This document shows positions 54,908 to 64,000 of a DNA stretch of 64,000 nucleotides, piece by piece. The stretch is from the NCBI GenBank assembly GCA_023334545.1, contig JAADVB010000077.1, positions 1 through 64,000 on the forward strand, read 5' to 3'. A program made the translations under genes and the position numbers. Position 1 is the stretch's first letter, and the number at the start of each line of letters is the position of its first letter. The notes under the pieces were generated by a model. It ran no database searches. It was given only the letters and a program-made list of their open reading frames with translations, and had not been told where the DNA came from. The DNA comes from Salisapilia sapeloensis CBS 127946. Taxonomy: Eukaryota > Protista > Oomycota.

Positions 54908-56777
54908 ATGGAAATGAATATTGAGCAAAATACAGGGAAAGCTCATGCATGGATCGCATCCAAGGCTCATTGGTTGTTAAGCTTGTATCTCAAGATTCAA
55001 GTCTACAACAAAGGATCCTACACAATTGAGAGGCTGCCATCATTCAAGGAGTATTGCGAAAAAGCATCCTTTCATCGTGTCCTCTTTGTTTGTCTTCTTA
55101 CACCACTTCCAGCTTTAATTGCATCCATTGGCATCGATATGATTCCTCTAGCTTCCCCACTTGAAGCTTGGAATGATAATTATACACTGTGGATTCGCTA
55201 CTTAATCCTTGCGACATTCATTTCGACTGGGTTTACTCTTCAGATCTTAACTTTGCTCCCAAGTTTAAAAATTACCCGCTGGTGCGTCCTCGTGCTTGTT
55301 TTAGGAACGAGCTCTGCCACAACTAGCGTTTACATGCTAGCTGCTGCTCTTTGGACATTTCCGATTCCTTTTGGGATAGTGTTTATTGCATTCCCATTTA
55401 CTTGCATATATATTTTGCTTCTAATGGCGGTATCCGATTGGAAAATTGTCAGAAAATCTCCGGAGGAAATGAAGAGCTTGTGGCGGGTAACCTACGTCTT
55501 TGCATTTCACGTATACACCCTTGTGGTATATGTTGCGTTCAATGCCATGTTTCAATCCTTGACAGCGTCGCAACAAGTTTTCGCAGTACCGCTTCTACCG
55601 TTGGTTAAGCTTCACCTAAAGAACATGTACGCACGGGTACTTTCCCATAAACGCGAAGCCATACCGGAATTCACTGTCTTCTGTGTGGAGGTAAGCAGAC
55701 TATATTGGTTTGTAAAATTGATAAGTCGAGATAAATAAATTTCATGTGCGTAGGTCTTTAACGCTCTCTTCGTCTCCATTTGTATGCAGACAGCGAATAG
55801 CATTGCAACAACTATAGTCATCATATCCATCGACGCTACTCAAATTATCTTTTCATTGTTGGAAATGCAGGAAGACAGCAAAACGTTGCTTGCGGAGATT
55901 AAGAGGTGCAAAATAAAGCGCGCGTCTCAAAAGAACTTACTGGCGAGTGTGCTAGAGCTGAGCAATCAATCTACTGTCCGAAAGTTCTCACTTCTGGATG
56001 AGACTAAGTCAAAATGCGATGTACGAGAAGCAAGAACAACCTCATTTGGCTCTGCAAAGTCTGGGCCATCAACTCCGAACACACCTGAGACTCAAGTAAA
56101 AGCAAAATCGAATCAAGTTGTTGCATATCAGCAAGATCTACCGGCGGATCTTGATAAGAAAAAAGGTGCTCACCAATCGTTAGCGAATGATTTTGCATCT
56201 GAGATGGTTGAAATTCATGCAGACCGTGCTCGAGAAGACGATGTCGTGGACGAAGCTTTAAAGCTTTTATTCCATATTGAGTACTGTCTCTTGTCAGAGT
56301 ACTGCGAAGTCATACTCCCGATCTTGTATCTCAGTTATCTGATCATTCTTCACTATCTCCCGAATGTCGTCTACTACGAACACTCTAGTCATCTTACAGG
56401 CAAGGAATTGCTGTTGGTGGTGATGAACCTGTCAGTATTCATCTTGATGGAACTACTATCGCTCGTTGTTCTTCATTATCTTTTAAAAAGCAGATTCAAC
56501 TTTTCACCGGTACATCAGCTCGCCTACGTACTGGAGGACGAAAATCGCCAAATACAAGGCCACCTGATCCTGTTTGTGACCTACGTACTAGGATTCACGC
56601 TGATGCACTATGGTACGTACAATGCCATCTATTTTTTTTAGCATTCCGTATGCAATGCTTGGGTTACCATTGGACTCACTTGTACATATTTCTATGTGTT
56701 GTCAACCAGGGGTCGACTTTGGATTCAAGTTCAATTGGGCGGAACAAGTTGCCAGTGATATCACTGACTCACCGTAG
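54908..56777 (+). CDS. Oomycete-expanded multi-pass membrane protein family member; introns 55691-55753 and 56613-56709
   Basis: ERL.SF.EYC...RVL.VC.LTPLP..DMIPL..P...W..N..LWIR N-terminus. The GTAAGC..TAG intron joins VFCVE to VFNALFVSICMQ; the last exon gives HYGVDFGFKFNW. Confidence 0.8.
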
Positions 56778-58247
56778 TGTATCATATTACCGATCCATGA
56801 ATGCATAGTGTTTCATACATTTCAATGTAAGGTGTAGACGACTACACCGGGAAGAAATTCGAAATTAACAAAGCAATTTCTGTTTTTAATTACGAGGCTG
56901 AACGTATAAGAACATTGACTTTAAGCCATACTCACCATGATTATATTTAACTACGCCATGGGCAGTTACCCGTAGATAAAGAAGTTAAGATAGAGCAGCA
57001 TCGCGGATATGTGCCACCAGGGTTTGTAGCCATCCGAAGCCAATACAAGTAAATGCGAATGTAAACTTTGTAGTTTTTAATCAACTCTCCATGCCTAAGT
57101 TCATAATCCATACACAAGAACGTGTTTTGGGTTCAAGAACGTTTGATGCCCATATCAAAGATGCATGTCACTGCCGAGCTACTTGAGTATTGGTTTGTTA
57201 CCGAAAGCCGCTATCTTCTCTTACTTGGACTATTGTCACAATAGTAGCCACCCACTTTCACTTCGATTAGTCTTACCTGGCTTATCAGTAATGGTCTCAA
57301 TCATTGCATCCCTTCTAAGCACTCCCTGATTGCCCAGCACAGTCCGCAACCCAGTCATGTCACAAATATGTCGGCGCATATCTATTATATTGACATTTCC
57401 CGCTGACCTAAGCGTCCAACATGGAGTTCCTTGCCGAGCATCCCCCGAATGGTCACTTCACTTCCACCTTAGACGTATCCTATGTATGATAATCTATGGG
57501 CATAAGTAGACCTACAAAGTTGTACATACGAACGCGCATTTCCATGTCTTCTTTGATGTCATTCAGCAATAAAGCCAACGTCAAGATTCGCCTATCACAC
57601 ACCTTATTCATTCGTAATCTTGCCATGGCGAACTAAGACTAAAATAAAATACCAAATAACTTGATAACTTGAATATATTACAACTACAAAAAGCTTTCAA
57701 TCTATTTTGAACGAGAAAAATAGCTTTGAAAGCCGCCAACATTCGCAAAATACCCCAACTCACTACAGGTCAAGGATCCATGATTGCAATCATTGATCGG
57801 CCTGGGTCTCGAAGATCAATAAATGAACAATCTAATTGTTACAAACCCTGGTCTTGTTGATCGAACAGAGAATCATAAACTAAAAGTAGATTCGGATGTC
57901 TTTACCTCCACCTCTCTTCCTCTGATCTGTTGTATGCACCATGTACTAATGGTCGTCCTCGCGACTCTTCGCGTGCAACTTAAAATATCTCTTCGATCAA
58001 CCTTCAACATGTCTATGTGAAGCATACAATTCCTGTCATCTCGTACGTTCGTCTATCTCCAATGCCGCACAAAATGGTATATCTGCATGCAAGATTACTG
58101 CAGAGTTAATACAAGTAGCAAGCAACGTAGCGCATCGGATCAGGACTTCAAGTACAATAGAGTACAGACCATGCAACTCACCGATCAGTACCATATACCG
58201 CAAGTCGAGCGTGTCTGCTCGCATGCTTGCCCCGGCGCCTCCAGCGT

Positions 58248-58263
58248 GCTCATTTTCCAATCT
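58248..58263 (+). promoter_or_regulatory. Inr/FPR core promoter of the secreted repeat protein
   Basis: GCTCATTTTCCAATCT ending about 60 nt upstream of the ATG at 58323. Confidence 0.65.
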
Positions 58264-58322
58264 TCGAGTCCAAACTCAAGACCAACCTCCCACCGGTTAC
58301 CTTTCAACTTCTACTCGTCACC

Positions 58323-59072
58323 ATGGTTCAACTTACTGCTGCGATCACTCTTGCTGTGGCGGCTTTGGCTGTTCAAGATGTTACTGCTACTTACAACCTT
58401 CGGGATCGCGCATACGGCGAAGAACAAGAAAACGCTGGACTAGGTGGTGCGCTTGGAGGAGTGGGCAACTTGGCGAACGTCGGCGGTTTGACCCACAAAC
58501 TGACTGGCGCACTAAAGGGCGTGCACCACTTGCTTAACGGCCATGGTGCTTACAATGCCGACGCGAATGCGGATGCTGGCTTAGATGTCGATGCGTCTCT
58601 CGGATTTGGTCTTGGAGTTGGTGTCGCCGGTTTGGACCTCGACGCTGGAGTCGGCGCTGGCGTTGGTGTCGATGGCGTTGGCGGCTTGGACGTTGGTGCT
58701 GGAGTCGGCGCTGGTGTTGGTGTCGATGGTGTGGACGTTGATGTCGATGCAAACGTTGACGCGGCCGTCGACGCTGATGTCGATGCTGAAGCTTCAGTCG
58801 ATGCTGACATTAATGCCGATGCGAACGTTGATGCAGATATCGATGCTGACGTTTCGGTCGATGTGGACTCTGACGCTGAAGCCAACACTGACGTTGACGT
58901 GAATCACGACATTGATGCGGAAGTTGATCTACCGGTTGAGTCTGATGATAATGAGAATACCCCAGAAACCAACGATGAAGTCATGCACCAGCACGATGCT
59001 GATTACCCTGTCAAGCATTTTGAAAAAGAGGTCAACTTCGAGGCGAAGAAGAACGCAGACTGTGACGCGTAA
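58323..59072 (+). CDS. Secreted Gly/Val/Asp/Ala-rich repeat protein
   Basis: Signal peptide MVQLTAAITLAVAALAVQDVTA, GVGAGVG repeats, then an alternating V-D-A-D-V-D tract. Biased codons and an Inr upstream. Confidence 0.85.
   Translation: MVQLTAAITLAVAALAVQDVTATYNLRDRAYGEEQENAGLGGALGGVGNLANVGGLTHKLTGALKGVHHLLNGHGAYNADANADAGLDVDASLGFGLGVGVAGLDLDAGVGAGVGVDGVGGLDVGAGVGAGVGVDGVDVDVDANVDAAVDADVDAEASVDADINADANVDADIDADVSVDVDSDAEANTDVDVNHDIDAEVDLPVESDDNENTPETNDEVMHQHDADYPVKHFEKEVNFEAKKNADCDA
58644..58729 (+). repeat. 54-nt-period internal tandem duplication (32-nt near-identical copies)
   Basis: GCTGGAGTCGGCGCTGGYGTTGGTGTCGATGG at 58644-58675 and 58698-58729. Confidence 0.85.
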
Positions 59073-60659
59073 GAGGAAGTGTAGCGTTTTCGCATTACAT
59101 ATAGAATAAAAAGTTTTGGACATGCATTAATAGGTGTGTACACAAACAGAGTTTCTGAACTAAAAGAGCGATATGGAGGCGAAGAACTCTGTTTGTGACA
59201 AGTAAGAACGAACGAAGGTCTTACACATCCTGCACCAAAGAACAAAAACAATACTTAAACAATTCTTTTGTTTATCAATAGGATCTTTAGCGTCTTGATG
59301 GCATTCCTACACTCCCGCTTATGGATGGATTTTCAGGCACAGAATGGAAACTTCGGACGCCAAGCGTGATTTTAGTTTGTCTGTAGCTGCGACAGATTGA
59401 GATTGATCGTTGGTATGTGCAGTGGAAAAGCACATGACATAGCCTTTCCTTTCTTTCAGGTCTAGGGAGCGATCTAATACCTGGTACTTGTAGACGATAA
59501 GTTTGCATTTTAACGGCTTGCCCTTTGCAAATGAGCACGAAACCGGTACCAAAAAGTTAGAAGCGCACGTCGCTGACCGAAGACTATGGAAACAGCATTT
59601 TAGAGGCACTCATGGCATACATAGAAGAGGATAACCGAACTTTTTGGGCTGCCATGGCGTCTGTGGATAGTACTAGTGGATGGAGCAACCTTTCGAAGCG
59701 CATCCATGCCCGGTCCTCCAAATTGAACGATATCGATGCCAGCACACAGGATTGAGATAGCGGCAATCCGCCGTACTTTGATTAGCTGTTCGTGCACGAC
59801 CAGATCTGAGCGAACTATATCAAGGTTGTTTCCGCGGAAGTCGGGCACATATCCGCGCAGACGATAGGAACTCGGATGTTTTAAAAAGAAATTGTATGCA
59901 GAGGAAAAAAATATCAGATACCAAGCATTGTTGAACGAAGATTGTGATACCATCGACGAGCAGGTGTCGGCGTCTGATGGTCAAGTAAAAGTTTGCTGGG
60001 AAAATAGGCAGTGCACCTTGCAGTACGTGATTATCTTGAACGAGTTCACAACTACCAGACTTCTACACAAGTATTATAAGCAGACAGAATATTGACTTAA
60101 ATATTGTCAAGTGGAAACGCTTCTGCCTAGGTTTAAAACTAAAAGGATCGCATTTAGCGACTTCAGCCCATAATCTGAAACCTGGACATTGGCATGACTG
60201 ATGCTACGCGAGAGCCCTCCCATGAAGAATAATAAACCCGCTAAGACTTAAAAACTCTCACCTGAGTATTTTCCACGCTTCAGATTACTAAGTCGACGTC
60301 AAATATATTGCATTTTCTTTCATTGAGGTTATGGAAACTTGGAAAACTGTTTGGTACCCGCTTCAACACAACTTCAATGAAAGCATACAGAGAGCTTTGT
60401 CTAATTTTGTAGCTGCTCACAACCGAGAAGCACTTGTGAAGCGTAATGACCATCCTTATTCTTTCACCTCTGTCTCTGTGGTGGTTCGGAGCAAGTAGCT
60501 TCAGTTTCCATCTCTGAGTGGCGACGTAGCTGAAGTCATTTCTGTCTTTCTTGATCCATCTCCGAGGATACCTCGGAAGCAAGTACATACAGCCCGATTC
60601 ATCTTCTCCAGCGATAATGCACACTCGTTGAGTGTTCTATACCTCGTGATGGGTAGGAT

Positions 60660-62415
60660 GATGCAATTGACGACGCTGCGAAATACGGTCGCTTCGAAGT
60701 CGTAATCACTCTCCATTCCTTTCGTCCAGAATGATACTTCTCGCTGCGAGCACTGGAAGCCGCTGCCATCGACGGGCATTTGGCTTTAGCTCAGTGGATG
60801 TATTTCAATCGACCGTATGCGTTGCTTACGCACCGATGCATGGACAAAGCAGCAACAGGAGGCTATTTACAAACAATCCAGTGGCTCCGTTCACTTGGAG
60901 ATGGCGATGGTGAAGGCGCCACATGCCATGTCGATAGACAATGCTTGCACCGGAGGCCATCTGCAGCTAGCTTAATGGCCCCATCAACATTGGGAAGAAG
61001 GATGCAAGGTGGGTGCTATGAATGGAGCTGTAACGAACGATCATTTGCATGTATTGGAATGGCTAGAAAACAACCGAGAGGAAGGGTTTATGATCGAAGC
61101 GATGGAGGGAGCAGCTCTTAATGGTCATGTTTATATTCTCGACTGGTTATCTGCTCGAGAGATAAAAGAAGGTCCTACAACATCAATTCGGATGCTCGAA
61201 CAGGCCGCCCAAAACAGTCATATGAAAACAATCCAGTGGCTACTAGCCCATAGTGAGGAGAGGCTGGTAAATACTAAAGCGATCGAGGCAGCAGCGTCGA
61301 GACAAAAGTTAGAAACCGTCCAATTTCTCTTTAGTCAATTTTCATCGTACAAACAAAAGGAAGTCGTCGAAGCGCTGTTGCGTCGAAGCGATTGCAGAAC
61401 GGTTATGCATGTACTGCACTCGGTAATGCCCAAAATTGTCGGTCATATCCATTCCATTCATCACAAGTTGACTCTATATGATTTATACGGTGATTTCGAT
61501 TGCATTCGTGCGCTCAATGATCATTATCCAGAACTATTAGAGCGCAACAAACAAGAGATGGTGTGGGTTGCAGCCATTCATGACCAAATGCATGTCGTAG
61601 CATACCTCGTGGGCGTATTGCATGACGATACTGGGACTTACAACCGGCTGGAGATGGTAAAGGAACTCCATGCATTATATCCAGATGCATGTACAGATCG
61701 TGTGAAATATGCAGCGATACGAGATACTAATATTGAAACACTTGACTTTCCTTTGAAGACAGGAAAGGCAGAAGCAAACTCATGTGCTGTGCACGCAGTC
61801 GATTATGTTCATTTGAAGATGGTTCAATTTCTCTTCACGACGCAAGATATCGCTGGTGTAGAATATCTTACGGACACGGCAGTAGCCGAAGGTCACACGG
61901 ATATTGTCGAGTGGCTGCATAAAAATACCAACATCGAATACAACGAACGTGCTTTGGAAGAGGCAATCGGTTATGGCCAACTCCCAATGGTCAAGTGGCT
62001 GCTTGCTAATCGAACATAAGAATTTGCCGGTGGTGACATGCATGCTGCAGTTTGTTGTAGAAATTTCGACATTGTTCAGTATCCCCACGAGAACAGCGAT
62101 GAATGTTGCTCGACTAAAGCGATGAACGATGCTAGCACATATGGGTATCTGGTTGTAGTCGAATGGTTGCATGCAAATCGGTCGGAAGGATGTGATCGAA
62201 CAGCAATGGATCTTGCCATTAGATACAGGCATATCGATGTCGTCAAGTTCCTCAACGAAAATCGGACGAAAGGATGCTCGGATGTACTTGATAAAGAGAC
62301 CATTCATAATGATTCAAGTATGCTCATCTATCTCCATCGGAACCGTCTGGAGAATTATTTGATGCGTGCGATTACATTGAGTAAAAAGACCAACCGGGGA
62401 GAAGTGAGACGATGA
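60660..62415 (+). pseudogene. Degenerate ankyrin-repeat gene of the (EGCxxxAMDxAAxxGHLxVVxWLH) family
   Basis: Repeat units are interrupted by in-frame stops TGA 60732-60734, TAA 60973-60975 and TAA 62017-62019, plus a frameshift near 60910-60935. Confidence 0.8.
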
Positions 62416-63109
62416 CTTAAGAAGCATAACCCGGATTTTGCTGAATGTCAAGAATGTTAACGAGAGATGTTTCCGAAGAAGAGGCGTCGTCTAGAATGAG
62501 ACCATGGACATACTTCTAAGAGAAGACGTTAGTAGTTTTAATTCAAAATGAAGGTTGGTTTTTTACATTTTGCTTTTAAATAAGTTATTTCCAAGTAGAT
62601 CATATTCACCGTAGGGATACGAACACAAACATGTAGTTACTTTGACGGTTTGAGCTGCGTTTATTGTTGCAATGGAGCACTTCGGTCCACGTTCACGACT
62701 AACTGAATTCAATCGACTAGTTTAGGTCCATGTTCTGAAGCTGGACATTTTCCACGTCCAAAGCTGCTCGAGGTTTCTATGATAAAAGTAAACTCGGTGA
62801 TACTTGAGATAGCTCGTCTGAACATTTGCCACGCTTCAGATTACTGAAGCAATACCGATTATCTTGTATTTTGTTTGTCATTGAGTTTATGGAAAATTGT
62901 GAGACGATGATAGAAAGGTCTTCAGACATCAACGCATCAATGACTGCCTTGACTGACCGACAATCCAATGTTTCAGTTCTGGTGCGATAGCACAACTTTT
63001 TCATCCATTTTTCACAGAACGGTCATGCTATCCTTCCTGCTATTTAAATTGATGTACGAGGCACTATTATTCGCACTACCGCTATTTCTCTTGGTTTGTA
63101 AAAGAATGA

Positions 63110-64000
63110 CTAGTCGTGGTTGCCATCGATGCGGGACTTAAGCAATTTGCCAAATCGACGTACGTTTTGAAAACTAGCCAAGGAATTCTGATTTACTGAC
63201 TTCTCCAGTACTTTTATCCGCCCATTCGATTGCTCCCGCCGTTGGAGGTTAAGAATATCTTGTAGTGTGGCCAACTTTGCTTCCAAGGTTGCTGTAGGTT
63301 GTGCTGAATATCCATTTGTTTCAATCCGTTCATCGTGAGCTGGCAACGGAGATGGTAACCCCATTCGACTATAAACAAGCTTACGAATCATAGTAGCACG
63401 TTGCTTTTCATTGCAGTCCGGTGATGTGGCAGAATTCTTTGATAGGCGTCGCGAAGACAATCCATTCATTTGGTTCGATGGATTAGACATCAGATGAGAT
63501 CTGCAAGATGACTTTCGGTCTATCTGTAGTCTCGACGTGGTCTTCATTCTTGCTATCTTAGTCTGCGCGACAGGTCGAGAATTTGACTGCTTACTAGGCT
63601 CAACACGAACTACCCAGTCGAATGCATCATCCATGTTTAACCACTTTTGGGTAGGAAATACACAAGTCAATGCATTTTGAGGATCGGATGGAAGTGCTTT
63701 GCGAGACATTGCTTCATTAGCAGCTTGCGTATAAGAAGGATAGATCCCATGAATGCAGAGACTTGGACAAGCGCAAGCTGCTTGAGGTGTCTGTTGTTTG
63801 GAAAGTATGATACTCGCCACTGCATGACTTCCCAGTCCATCCCTTTGTACTTTATTAGCCTGATGATTGGTAAGTTGACCTCTCATTGAATATTGCAAGG
63901 GATATAGCGTTCCAATGTCTAGTACCACGCTGTCTATTTTGTCACTAGCTGCGCATTGGGTCCTTCCTCCTTCCTCGCTGTCGTAGATCTCCCAGATACA
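63110..64000 (-). CDS. Hypothetical protein, 5'-truncated by the window edge
   Basis: The frame of the 63110-63928 ORF stays open to base 64000 (CIWEIYDSEEGGRTQC...), about 296 codons. No family recognised. Confidence 0.45.
   Translation of the reverse strand, partial: CIWEIYDSEEGGRTQCAASDKIDSVVLDIGTLYPLQYSMRGQLTNHQANKVQRDGLGSHAVASIILSKQQTPQAACACPSLCIHGIYPSYTQAANEAMSRKALPSDPQNALTCVFPTQKWLNMDDAFDWVVRVEPSKQSNSRPVAQTKIARMKTTSRLQIDRKSSCRSHLMSNPSNQMNGLSSRRLSKNSATSPDCNEKQRATMIRKLVYSRMGLPSPLPAHDERIETNGYSAQPTATLEAKLATLQDILNLQRREQSNGRIKVLEKSVNQNSLASFQNVRRFGKLLKSRIDGNHD

Noticed and set aside
57693-57733. Imperfect AT-rich hairpin (GCTTTCAA/TTGAAAGC plus CTATTTT/AAAATAG)
   Set aside because: Two short stems in AT-rich DNA; weak without expression data.
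59600-60100. Fragmentary plus-strand ORFs upstream of the ankyrin relic, possibly a decayed gene or transposon
   Set aside because: No transposase, RT, integrase or CRN motif recognisable.
62777-63004. 75-aa minus-strand ORF with a possible donor site
   Set aside because: The implied intron (about 28 nt) is below the local size range and no homology was recognised.

Overview
Eukaryotic genomic DNA from an oomycete. The actin N-terminus [14 protein letters not shown], Inr/FPR-type core promoters, a START-FYVE protein and expanded oomycete-type membrane and ankyrin families support this; I cannot assign the species. Bases 1-51 kb are gene-dense with about 27 protein genes and very short GT-AG introns (about 48-71 nt). 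They include MATE, zuotin, LTV1, an HSF-domain protein, a large membrane protein, a ubiquitin-like/eL41 fusion, a GAF protein, MCM6, actin, START-FYVE, an ankyrin-HDAC, two P4-ATPase flippases, GAPDH, a FIT-like protein, an MDR oxidoreductase, NFS1, uL11m, an Arb2/FAM172-AGC kinase fusion, a myristoylation-motif 4xRGS protein, an APC permease and SFT2. Bases 51-64 kb are gene-sparse and AT-richer, with a multi-TM family gene, a secreted acidic/hydrophobic repeat protein, an ankyrin pseudogene and a 32-bp inverted repeat. No rRNA, tRNA, CRISPR or intact mobile element was recognised. The best leads are the Ubl-GG/eL41 ribosomal fusion, the Arb2-like/AGC kinase fusion, the 4xRGS protein, a polycystin-like/Myb-like membrane protein, and a run of 12-13 genes in strictly alternating orientation with tiny convergent gaps. 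All family calls are from motif recognition by eye; no searches were run.
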